Source: a virus | Taxonomy: Duplodnaviria > Caudoviricetes | Direction: 5' to 3' (one strand) | Length of the DNA stretch: 54,292 nt | IMG/VR virus record: IMGVR_UViG_3300007517_000008 | Location: 1-54,292 of that record | Shown here: in pieces, positions 1 through 8,725 of the stretch | How the letters are laid out: the number at the start of each line of letters is the position of its first letter | Numbering within the stretch: position 1 is the first letter of the stretch | Translations under genes and position numbers: made by a program | The notes under the pieces: generated by a model | The model's input: only the letters and a program-made list of their open reading frames with translations | Databases searched by the model: none | Told to the model about the DNA's origin: nothing

Positions 1-1
1 A

Positions 2-190
2 AAAACCTCCGACGAGAAGGAGCGGTCTTTTCAAAAATTAACTCTTCAATCTCACAAAGTTGAGACTCTGTTAATTAAACTTCTTTTAGAAACATCCGAC
101 TTGGCTGACCGTTCTGAGTCGGAGATTTATCTTAGGCACGCTCTTGACTACATTAAAAAAGCCACAAGGCTTTTAGCTAGGAACAGGTAA
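2..190 (+). CDS. 3' end of a hypothetical protein, truncated by the window start
   Basis: Frame 2 is open from the window edge (KTSDEKERSFQK...RLLARNR) to TAA at 188-190, 3 nt before the next ATG. Confidence 0.6.
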   Translation, partial: KTSDEKERSFQKLTLQSHKVETLLIKLLLETSDLADRSESEIYLRHALDYIKKATRLLARNR

Positions 191-193
191 ATT

Positions 194-877
194 ATGGCAA
201 GACTTTTTTCTACTTCCAAAGAAAGTCAATACATCAACGATTTGACCAAAGAACTTATTAAAGACATTATTGGTCAATTCATCAATTATTACCCGGTATC
301 TACTCTTAAAACTCAAGTGCACCCAGTTTATGACGAGGCTGTGCAAAAAATCTTTGACAGCCCAATCAAACTTAACGTTATGGCTGGATGGCCAGAGACA
401 AAAACGTACGCAGGAGTCTTTGGGGTAGAAAAAACGGCAACAATAGAAATATTTGTTCAAGCAAGAGATTTGATTGACAAAGGTTTTACAATTTACGAAG
501 GTGATTTCTTTACGTTTGCCGATCAAACTTTTGAAATTATTTCCTTCAACACCTTAAATAATATTTTTGGCCAAGAAGAATATGAGGTAGGTTACAAAAT
601 AATTGGGAATGCTGCACGTCTTGGACAATTTGATCCCAAGAACTTCCTAACGCCAAACAAGGATTCTGCTGGTCCTTACACAGAGACGCAAGTCCAAACC
701 GTGTTTGAACAGCAAAGAGGTTTGCCAGAAACTCCAATTGATGGCGTTACAGGAGACGTCAGACAAATGCGCGATCGTCTTGGAGATCAAATGGCCCCAA
801 CAGCTCTCGGAGAAGGTCCAAGAGTTGTCACGGTTGAACCAGACGACAAGGTATCTTCTTTCTATAATGATGAATAA
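194..877 (+). CDS. Neck/head-completion protein (T4 gp14-like)
   Basis: 227 aa. The pattern 'IIGQFINYY...HPVYDEA...EGDFF...FEI' resembles gp14-type neck proteins, and the gene lies upstream of the tail-completion and sheath genes. Confidence 0.65.
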   Translation: MARLFSTSKESQYINDLTKELIKDIIGQFINYYPVSTLKTQVHPVYDEAVQKIFDSPIKLNVMAGWPETKTYAGVFGVEKTATIEIFVQARDLIDKGFTIYEGDFFTFADQTFEIISFNTLNNIFGQEEYEVGYKIIGNAARLGQFDPKNFLTPNKDSAGPYTETQVQTVFEQQRGLPETPIDGVTGDVRQMRDRLGDQMAPTALGEGPRVVTVEPDDKVSSFYNDE

Positions 878-885
878 GGTAATTT

Positions 886-1704
886 ATGCTAAAAGAATAC
901 ATTGAAGAGTTGGTTAATGAAGTTCTTAGAGGGTTCAACCTAAGTAAGTTCAAATCTATTGCAGGTACAAACGAAAGAGAACAATCAAAAAACCCTCGGG
1001 AATATGAAGGGGAGATCCCGGAACTTAACTACGCCCAGAAGATGTTACCCTATTTGGGTCAAGGCACTTCCAGATCGACATTTGCTTTGTCTGGTGGGAA
1101 AGTTCTTAAAATAGCTACAAATGATGCTGGTGTTGGTCAAAACCAAGCAGAGGTTGAAATTTGGTCTAACTCTAAGTCACCTTACATCACACAAGTTTAT
1201 GACAATTCTCCCGACTACAAGTGGATTATTGCAGAAATTGTTAAACCATTGTCAGAAAGTGAAATGATAAGCTATCTTAGTGTTGATGAATCGGTTTTGC
1301 AAGACATTACCTGGTTGACCCCCACAAGTATTGAAAGTGTAACAAGCAGATACCAGAACAAAATTGATGAAAAGCAGGCAATGATTGATGGTTATCAATC
1401 GAAAATAGACCGAGGGGAAGGGCTAGAACATTTAGAAGCAATGAAGAGAACGATGCAGTCTGGTTATCAAGTTCAGGCCAAGAGCCAGGAAATTTTAGAT
1501 AATCAAACGTTATTGTCCTTTTTGGGAGGAATGATTGATCTTGTCAATAATCATGGTCTTTTGTGGGGAGATATCCACATTGAGCACTTTGGAAGAAATG
1601 CTCAAGGGCAGATTAAATTACTCGACTATGGATATAATGATGAGGTGCGTATAAAATATTATACTTCCGCTCCTTCTTCTCCTACTCCCTCATATTCAAC
1701 CTAA
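886..1704 (+). CDS. Protein kinase-like protein, tandem copy 1
   Basis: Gly-rich loop LGQGTSR, beta3 Lys in VLKIA, alphaC Glu in QNQAE, catalytic loop WGDIHIEHFG, Mg-binding LLDYG. Confidence 0.85.
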   Translation: MLKEYIEELVNEVLRGFNLSKFKSIAGTNEREQSKNPREYEGEIPELNYAQKMLPYLGQGTSRSTFALSGGKVLKIATNDAGVGQNQAEVEIWSNSKSPYITQVYDNSPDYKWIIAEIVKPLSESEMISYLSVDESVLQDITWLTPTSIESVTSRYQNKIDEKQAMIDGYQSKIDRGEGLEHLEAMKRTMQSGYQVQAKSQEILDNQTLLSFLGGMIDLVNNHGLLWGDIHIEHFGRNAQGQIKLLDYGYNDEVRIKYYTSAPSSPTPSYST

Positions 1705-1713
1705 TATAATTTT

Positions 1714-2520
1714 ATGCTAAAAGAATATATTGAAGAGTTGGTTAATGAAGTTCTTGGAGGGTTTAATCTTTCAAAATTCAAAGCTATTGCAGCTACAAAT
1801 GAAAGAGAGGAAGGAACTGTTGGATATGACGGAGAGGCCCCAAGTGAAAGTCAAGCCACCGAAGCACCAGAAGTTCAGTATGCCAAGAAGTTGTTACCCT
1901 ACATGGGTAAAGGCTCTTCCAGAATTACCTTCGCCCTGTCGAGCAGCAAAGTGCTGAAGATTGCTTTAAACCAAGCTGGAGAATATCAAAACCAAGCTGA
2001 AGTTGATATTTGGTCTAACTCCAGGTCTCCTTATCTTACACAGGTTTATGACTTCTCGCCTGATAATCGATGGTTAATAGCAGAAATAGTTAAAGTTATA
2101 GAACCTCAAGATTTATATAACATTTTGAATATTTCACCAAGAAATTTTGGTGAAGCCCTTTTTGCGCGACCAAATTCTATTGAAGAATTTAGAAATAACT
2201 ACGAACACAGAAATGAGTTTCTGCTAAAAGATAATGCTTCGGTAGAAGCAGAAATTAGAACAACGCAAGAAAATGGTGGAAACCCTAGTAAGTTCTTGTT
2301 ACGTAAAAGACAAAAAAATAAAGAAACCATAGCATCCAGACAATCGGTTTTGGACAGCAAAGCATTTATGGGTTTCTTTGAGAATATAATTAACCTTACT
2401 ACAACGTATGGGATATTGTGGCAAGATATTCGTGTTGACCATTTTGGTAGGAACGTTCAGGGGCAAATTAAATTACTCGATTTTGGACTTGATTTAAAAA
2501 CAAGCAGAGAATTCTACTAA
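1714..2520 (+). CDS. Protein kinase-like protein, tandem copy 2
   Basis: MGKGSSR, VLKIA, QNQAE, WQDIRVDHFG, LLDFG. Confidence 0.85.
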   Translation: MLKEYIEELVNEVLGGFNLSKFKAIAATNEREEGTVGYDGEAPSESQATEAPEVQYAKKLLPYMGKGSSRITFALSSSKVLKIALNQAGEYQNQAEVDIWSNSRSPYLTQVYDFSPDNRWLIAEIVKVIEPQDLYNILNISPRNFGEALFARPNSIEEFRNNYEHRNEFLLKDNASVEAEIRTTQENGGNPSKFLLRKRQKNKETIASRQSVLDSKAFMGFFENIINLTTTYGILWQDIRVDHFGRNVQGQIKLLDFGLDLKTSREFY

Positions 2521-2531
2521 AGTGAAAATTT

Positions 2532-3356
2532 ATGTTAAAAGAATATATTGAAGAGTTAGTTAAAGAATCTCTAAGAGGATTTAGTATTTCCAAATTTAAG
2601 GCAATCTCGGACAATGCCGAAAGAAAGCCTGAAGATCCTGGTTATGGAGAGGATGACATACCAGGATACGACAATGTTTTAATGGCTCCAGAGATTGACT
2701 ATGCTGAGAGATACCTTCCTATGCTTGGCGAGGGATCTTCCAGAATTGTCTTCGCCCTGTCAAGCGGCAAAGTCTTGAAGATCGCCCTTAACAAAGCTGG
2801 AGAGGGTCAAAATGGCGAAGAGGCAGAGGTTTGGTTTAAGTCTAGGTCACCTTACATCACGCAGGTTTATGACTTTTCCAAAAATAACAAGTGGATTATT
2901 TCAGAGATCGTTAAGCCGATAACTGAAGAGGATGTTGAGAGAATTCTTGAGATAGACAAATTTGTATTTTTAATGTTTCTTGCACAGCAACCAGCAAAAC
3001 TTGAAGATATTCACTATGTTTTTCAAACAAAGATTAACTACTCAGAAGATGTTATTGAGACAAAAAAAGCAGAGCTAGAGTGGAGCGACAGTGCTGATGA
3101 AAACACTAAGGCAAAACTTCAAAGCGATATTGAATTTGAAGAGGAGCAAGCTAATATTTACAGAAATGCAATTAGTAATAAAGTTTTTACGGAGTTCATG
3201 AGCGTTATTATAAATTTGGTAAACACGTACAGCCTTCAGTGGAACGACATTAACAAAAATCATTTCGGAAGAAATGTTCAAGGGCAGATTAAGTTATTAG
3301 ATTTTGGCTATAGTACCAATGTTGCAAACGATCACTACTCATACGAATTGTCTTAA
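2532..3356 (+). CDS. Protein kinase-like protein, tandem copy 3
   Basis: LGEGSSR, VLKIA, QNGEE, WNDINKNHFG, LLDFG. Confidence 0.85.
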   Translation: MLKEYIEELVKESLRGFSISKFKAISDNAERKPEDPGYGEDDIPGYDNVLMAPEIDYAERYLPMLGEGSSRIVFALSSGKVLKIALNKAGEGQNGEEAEVWFKSRSPYITQVYDFSKNNKWIISEIVKPITEEDVERILEIDKFVFLMFLAQQPAKLEDIHYVFQTKINYSEDVIETKKAELEWSDSADENTKAKLQSDIEFEEEQANIYRNAISNKVFTEFMSVIINLVNTYSLQWNDINKNHFGRNVQGQIKLLDFGYSTNVANDHYSYELS

Positions 3357-3359
3357 TTT

Positions 3360-4169
3360 ATGCTAAAAGAATATATTGAAGAATTGGTTAATGAAGTGCT
3401 TAGAGGATTTAACTTTAATAAGTTTAGAGCTATTTCTGGTACTAATCATAGGGAAGATGATTATCACGTAAAGAAAGAATTGGAAAGACCTGAAAAGTTT
3501 TTGTCTAAATCTAAGGAACAGGAGTACGCAGAACAGTTCTTACCTTTTCTCGGCAAAGGAAGTTCTCGTGTTACATTCGCCTTTTCTGGCGGGAAGGTTC
3601 TTAAAATAGCTACAAACCAAGCAGGTTATGGCCAAAACAAGGCAGAAGTCCAAGTATGGACATTTACGCAGTCCTCAATTGTAACAGAAGTTTATGATCA
3701 TTCGCCTGACTACAAGTGGATTATTTCAGAAATTGTTAAGCCTTTTCCTATTTTTGATTTTTTTAATAGTTTGGGAATAAACTATCATCAGTGGCAATTT
3801 ATGGCGGGTTTATATAAATTAAGAAGTTTTGAAGATTTTAAAACGCAAATTAATGAAAAAATATTGTATTATAATGAATCTATTGTTTATTTGAATAAAC
3901 AACTTGAAGATCCAAGAAAATTGTTTCCGTATGAAATTGCGAGAAATAAAGAAACAATAGAAGAACATCAAGTAGAAATTGAAGACCTACAGAATATATT
4001 TAGTAATGAAAAATTTCTTTCCTTCATGGAAAATTTAATAAATTTAGTAAATGGTCAAAAGCTTGAGTGGGGTGATATTGTGCCTAAACATTTTGGTAGG
4101 ACTGTTAAAGGCGAAATTAAACTTTTGGATTATGGCTACAATGATGAAGTGTCGGACAAATTCTACTAA
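3360..4169 (+). CDS. Protein kinase-like protein, tandem copy 4
   Basis: LGKGSSR, VLKIA, QNKAE, WGDIVPKHFG, LLDYG. Confidence 0.85.
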   Translation: MLKEYIEELVNEVLRGFNFNKFRAISGTNHREDDYHVKKELERPEKFLSKSKEQEYAEQFLPFLGKGSSRVTFAFSGGKVLKIATNQAGYGQNKAEVQVWTFTQSSIVTEVYDHSPDYKWIISEIVKPFPIFDFFNSLGINYHQWQFMAGLYKLRSFEDFKTQINEKILYYNESIVYLNKQLEDPRKLFPYEIARNKETIEEHQVEIEDLQNIFSNEKFLSFMENLINLVNGQKLEWGDIVPKHFGRTVKGEIKLLDYGYNDEVSDKFY

Positions 4170-4199
4170 AGTCTCTTACTCGCCTTGTATTTATAACAA

Positions 4200-5456
4200 A
4201 TGTCAACAAACCCTAAAGATACCGAAGAGAATAACGTCACTAGACAAAACATCCCTCAGCAAGACCCTAGTGAGAATATTGATGTCTTGCCAAGTGGTTA
4301 TGGTAATGATGGCGGCGGCTTACCCACGGAAGATTATCAAATACCTTCTTGCGGTATAGAAGACTGCGACATAGCTCTGTTTAATTTATTTAACAAGACA
4401 ATTAAGTTTAACACTCAGATTTACGGTGACGGTCAAAGTTCAATCTATTTGCAAAAACCAAAGGTTATCTTTGCCACTGGTGAGAAGTTTGCTCTTGCTA
4501 AGAAATTACGTCCACCAAGAGACAAGAATCAAGTTCTTATGTTGCCTGCGATTTCCATTCGTAGAATGTCTATTGAACAAACACCTGAAGACATGACTTC
4601 AAGAGGAATGAACCAAACGACAGGGGAGATTACAATCAAAAGAAGACTTTCCGAGAAGGATGACTTTTCTTTCCAAAATACAATCAATAAAATTGGCCTT
4701 AAAAATATGCCAAATGTTGGAAATTCTCTTGACGAAAACAAAACTGGCAATAAGAAGAATTCTTATGAAACAAGAGAAGGAATGATTTTAGCTCCACAAC
4801 TTTCTCAAAACGTCTTTGAATTCTTCACAATACCACAACCACAATTTTTTACAGCAAAGTATGAAGTTGTTTTTTGGACAAACCATCACCAACACATGAA
4901 TTATCTTATTGAGACTCTCATGTCATCTTATCTACCACAAGACAAGATGTTCAAACTTGGAACCGACAAAGGTTATTGGTTTATGGCCTATGTAGAGGAC
5001 TCAATGACATCTCAGGACAACTTTGAAGACTTCTCTACGACTGAAAGAATTATTAGATACAACTTCAACATGAGCGTAAAGAGTTTCATCCTGGCTTCTT
5101 CGGGGCCTGGTAACATGATTCCAGTCAGGAAATATCTGTCTGCTCCGACCATTTCCTTTGAGATTGTCCAAACGCCAACAACAGATATTCTTTCGCAAAA
5201 AAACTTAGACGCGCCTCCACTAGTGAATCTATCGGACAGCAGATTCTTATTATCAGATATTAATGAAAAGGTCACACCGCCAGAAGATTCTGGACAGGTT
5301 ATGCTTTTCAAAAAAATAGTTGTCGAGCCAGGCACAAATAAAAAATCTGTAAAGTACATTAAGCAAACAACAAAAAATAAAAAGAAAGGAGAACGTTCTT
5401 TTACAGCCTCGGATATTCAAACTCTACAAGAGTTTTTATATAACGAATCCAAGTAA
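4200..5456 (+). CDS. Tail completion/terminator protein (T4 gp15-like)
   Basis: 'PKVIFATGEK...MLPAISIRRMSIEQ...IPQPQF...YEVVFWT...ERIIRYNFNMSVKSF' fits the gp15-like pattern. Directly upstream of the sheath genes. Confidence 0.65.
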   Translation: MSTNPKDTEENNVTRQNIPQQDPSENIDVLPSGYGNDGGGLPTEDYQIPSCGIEDCDIALFNLFNKTIKFNTQIYGDGQSSIYLQKPKVIFATGEKFALAKKLRPPRDKNQVLMLPAISIRRMSIEQTPEDMTSRGMNQTTGEITIKRRLSEKDDFSFQNTINKIGLKNMPNVGNSLDENKTGNKKNSYETREGMILAPQLSQNVFEFFTIPQPQFFTAKYEVVFWTNHHQHMNYLIETLMSSYLPQDKMFKLGTDKGYWFMAYVEDSMTSQDNFEDFSTTERIIRYNFNMSVKSFILASSGPGNMIPVRKYLSAPTISFEIVQTPTTDILSQKNLDAPPLVNLSDSRFLLSDINEKVTPPEDSGQVMLFKKIVVEPGTNKKSVKYIKQTTKNKKKGERSFTASDIQTLQEFLYNESK

Positions 5457-5614
5457 ATCGCTTCAAAAAAGCCAAAATCATCAACGTTTTCATTGGAAAC
5501 ACATGAAAAAGGTCAACAAAAAAATATAGTAAACGAAACCTTTGGCTCTAATTAAAACAAGGTTATAGCCCTGTCTATAGCAAAAATCATCTACAAAAAT
5601 TAGAAGAGGATTAA

Positions 5615-8600
5615 ATGACCGAGCAGATTTTTAAAGCACCAGGATTTTTTGATAGAGAAATTGACCTTACAAACGAGGTACAACGTCCAACTGGAATTCC
5701 TGCTGGTGTAATCGGCACTGCCGAAAGAGGACCAGCCTTCGTCCCACTCACGGTTGGATCTTTTCCTGACTTTACCACAAAGTTCGGTTCACTCAACTCC
5801 AAGATGCCAGGTTTATATGCAGCTAACTTGTTTCTCAAAAACAGGTTCTCCCTTACGTACATTCGTACACTTGGAGCAGGCGCAAACGAAACAACAGCAG
5901 AAATTGAAACTACAAGAGCAAGAGGGACTGTAACAAATGCAGGTTTTGCAATTACGTCATCTCCCGTTGGACATGCTGGGGATGGTCGTACTAACGCAAC
6001 AGTTCAATTTTTAACAGCTCGACACGAAGTTTCTTCGGGAGAGATTTTGGGAATGCCTTTGTTCTCGGATAACGATTCATATTTTACAACAGGGTCGATG
6101 TTGGATGTCAATCTTGTCCGTGGAATGTTGTTTTCTGCATCTGGCTCCAGAGTTATGATTCTTAACCCATCAGAAAATTGGACAAACGTAGCAGACGACT
6201 TTGCAACTACAGATTCTAGCAAAAAGATTAAAATTGTTATTTCTTCCAGCGCAGGTGCTTCCTTTGCATCTACGGATGGCATTGCAGGAATTAAAATCTT
6301 GTCAGCTTCTTTTGACCCTTCGTCATCAGATTACTATGCAAAGGTTCTTAACACCGATCCAAATAAATTCAACGAAGAGAAACACCTTCTTTATCTCAAC
6401 TTTGCAGTGGACAATGAACTTGCAACTCTTTCGACAGGTTCTAACGCAATCTGTATCGCAAGCGGAAGTTCAAACGTTTCCCTTAATTCTGGCGATGTAA
6501 ATCTACCATTCAGAAATGCTTTTGGTAAATTTGACACAAGATACACAACTCCAACAACTCCTTCTTTCATCTCGCAGCCATTCGGTAATACAGAATATGA
6601 TCTTTTCCGAATTGAAACGCTTGACGATGGCGCATATTCAAATAAACGTATTAAGATTTCAATTGCAAACATTAAGGCTTCTACAGATCCAAAGAATCTT
6701 TATGGAACCTTCGCTGTACTTGTAAGAAACTTTGGAGACGACGACGTTAGCCCAGAAATTCTTGAACAGTTCAACAACTGTACATTGAACCCAGACTCCG
6801 ACAACTACGTTGCAAGAGCAATTGGAAATATTAAGGTTTACTTTAACTTTGACGTGGAAAATGAAGACGATCGTCGTCTTGTGCGTTCTGGTCGATATGC
6901 TTCCAGGTCACAGTACATTCGCGTCATTATGTCTCCAAGCGTAGAAAACAAGACGTTAAACCCAAATTGCCTTCCCTTCGGATTTAGAGGCGTTAAGACT
7001 TTAGGAACAAACACACTTCTTACGGATGCAGTAGGAACGGTTGGCGCTCAACGACTTACGGCTTCAGGTTCGGTCTCAGTCACAGAGGCAAGACTTATGC
7101 ACGCTCTTGTTCCACCACTTCCATTCAGATTTAAGGTTACAAGAGGAGAAATTTCTACAACTCCAAGCTTTGTTGGTTCTCCAGGTGCTACAGAAATTGC
7201 AGATTCTCGTTACTATTGGGGTGTTAAGGTTTCCAGAAATAACAACAACATTCTTAACACAAACATCAATGGCGAAATCAACGACGGTGTTCGCGCCTAC
7301 ACGGCATTTGCTGGAATTGAAAAGCTTGATACCTTGGTAACAGGTAGTTCAGCAGACGTATTCAACAACAACAAATTTACTCTTGCAAAAGTAGCTTTGT
7401 CTTCAACAACGATTTCTGGACTTACTGCTTCCGTTGACGCACACATGAAAGAGGCTTCGTACCTCCGCAACGGAAACACGAGTCCTTCCGACTATAGAAT
7501 TAACGATACATACTTGAATAGAGTAACGTTTGCAACGCTTTTGCAAACTGCTACACCAACAACCTTTAACAGATTTTCTGAATATGCCAAGTTTACCACA
7601 GTTGTTTATGGTGGATTTGACGGATTCAACATTCTTGACAAAGAACAAGTGGGAATGACCGACAAGGCAACTTCTGCTGAAACTGGTGGTGGTGCAAACG
7701 CTGCTTACATTTCACCAGGCTTTGGTAACAACCAATCGGGAACTTCTAAAAAGAATAACGCAGTTGCTTCCTTCAGAGTTGCAGCTAAATTGATGACAAA
7801 CCCCTTTGTCTCAAATGTTAACATCGTAACAACGCCAGGTCAACGAGAACCCCTTGTAACCGATTTCGTTGCTGATGTAGTTAAGACATACGGTATGGCT
7901 CAATATCTTATGGATATTCCATATTATGACTCGAACTCAGTTCGTATTTTCGATGGTGAAACAAAGTTTGTGTCAGTTAACAGAACAGCAGACGTTTTTG
8001 AAACTCGCGCTCTCGACACAGAATTTATCTCTCCTTACTTCCCAAATATCGTAGTTGAGGATTCCACAAACAACAACCGAAGAGTTACGCTTCCAGGTTC
8101 GGTAGCAGCTTTGTCTGCAATAGGATTTAATGATAAAGTTGCATACCCTTGGTTCGCTCCTGCTGGCTTCAATCGTGCTTCCCTTGACTTCGTTAAGATG
8201 ACACAAGTGAAGGTCTCACAGCCAGAGCGTGAGCGTCTTTACACTGTAAGAATTAACCCTATCATCAAGTTACCAAACGAAGGTTTCGTAATCTATTCGC
8301 AGCAAACGCTTGAGCAGGCTGGTTCGGCACTACAGTCGCTTAACGTACAGAGAATGATTATTTCGCTTAAGCAACAGATTCAGGCTGCTGGAAATCAGAT
8401 CATTTTCGAACAACTTACTCCAGACCTTCGTTCGCGTTTCGTGAACTTGGTAAAACCAATTTTGGCAACAGTTCAAATACGAGATGGTATTGAAAGATTC
8501 GAAGTTATTTCAGATGAAAGAAATAACACGGAACAAGACATGCTAGCAAATCGTATGCGCGTTAATATCAAGGTTGTTCCAGTAAGAGCAGCAGAATTTA

Positions 8601-8650
8601 TCGCAATTGACTTCATTATATCATCAAGCGGAATCACTTTCGTTAATTGA
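5615..8650 (+). CDS. Contractile tail sheath protein 1
   Basis: N-terminal 'PGFFDREID...GVIGTAERGPAFVP...FTTKFG'. C-terminal 'PWFAPAGFNR...RINPI...LNVQRM...FEQ...DERNNT...PVRAAEFIAIDF'. Confidence 0.93.
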   Translation: MTEQIFKAPGFFDREIDLTNEVQRPTGIPAGVIGTAERGPAFVPLTVGSFPDFTTKFGSLNSKMPGLYAANLFLKNRFSLTYIRTLGAGANETTAEIETTRARGTVTNAGFAITSSPVGHAGDGRTNATVQFLTARHEVSSGEILGMPLFSDNDSYFTTGSMLDVNLVRGMLFSASGSRVMILNPSENWTNVADDFATTDSSKKIKIVISSSAGASFASTDGIAGIKILSASFDPSSSDYYAKVLNTDPNKFNEEKHLLYLNFAVDNELATLSTGSNAICIASGSSNVSLNSGDVNLPFRNAFGKFDTRYTTPTTPSFISQPFGNTEYDLFRIETLDDGAYSNKRIKISIANIKASTDPKNLYGTFAVLVRNFGDDDVSPEILEQFNNCTLNPDSDNYVARAIGNIKVYFNFDVENEDDRRLVRSGRYASRSQYIRVIMSPSVENKTLNPNCLPFGFRGVKTLGTNTLLTDAVGTVGAQRLTASGSVSVTEARLMHALVPPLPFRFKVTRGEISTTPSFVGSPGATEIADSRYYWGVKVSRNNNNILNTNINGEINDGVRAYTAFAGIEKLDTLVTGSSADVFNNNKFTLAKVALSSTTISGLTASVDAHMKEASYLRNGNTSPSDYRINDTYLNRVTFATLLQTATPTTFNRFSEYAKFTTVVYGGFDGFNILDKEQVGMTDKATSAETGGGANAAYISPGFGNNQSGTSKKNNAVASFRVAAKLMTNPFVSNVNIVTTPGQREPLVTDFVADVVKTYGMAQYLMDIPYYDSNSVRIFDGETKFVSVNRTADVFETRALDTEFISPYFPNIVVEDSTNNNRRVTLPGSVAALSAIGFNDKVAYPWFAPAGFNRASLDFVKMTQVKVSQPERERLYTVRINPIIKLPNEGFVIYSQQTLEQAGSALQSLNVQRMIISLKQQIQAAGNQIIFEQLTPDLRSRFVNLVKPILATVQIRDGIERFEVISDERNNTEQDMLANRMRVNIKVVPVRAAEFIAIDFIISSSGITFVN

Positions 8651-8725
8651 AGTTTGAGTCCCTGGCAAGCAAAACAAACCTGAGTAATATTTACTTCACA
8701 TAGAGAATCAGAACAAGGAAAAAAA

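Larger units (their letters stand above)
880..3415 (+). repeat. Four near-identical ~55-nt gene starts of the kinase array (at ~880, ~1708, ~2527, ~3354)
   Basis: Each reads approximately TTTATG(C/T)TAAAAGAATA(C/T)ATTGAAGA(G/A)TT(G/A)GTTAA(T/A)GAA, encoding MLKEYIEELV(N/K)E. Unit spacing is about 820-830 bp. Confidence 0.9.

Noticed and set aside
880-4169. CRISPR array or diversity-generating retroelement explaining the repeats
   Set aside because: The repeats are coding gene starts about 820 bp apart. No reverse transcriptase, cas gene or adenine-specific TR/VR pair is visible.
886-4169. Eukaryotic or giant-virus origin suggested by kinases, SNF2 and patatin
   Set aside because: Contractile tail genes, sigma70-type promoters, SD sequences and intrinsic terminators point to a bacterial virus.
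5457-5614. tRNA or ncRNA in this A-rich intergenic gap and the one at 13578-13670
   Set aside because: No cloverleaf, T-loop consensus or strong stem was seen. They look like promoter or leader DNA.
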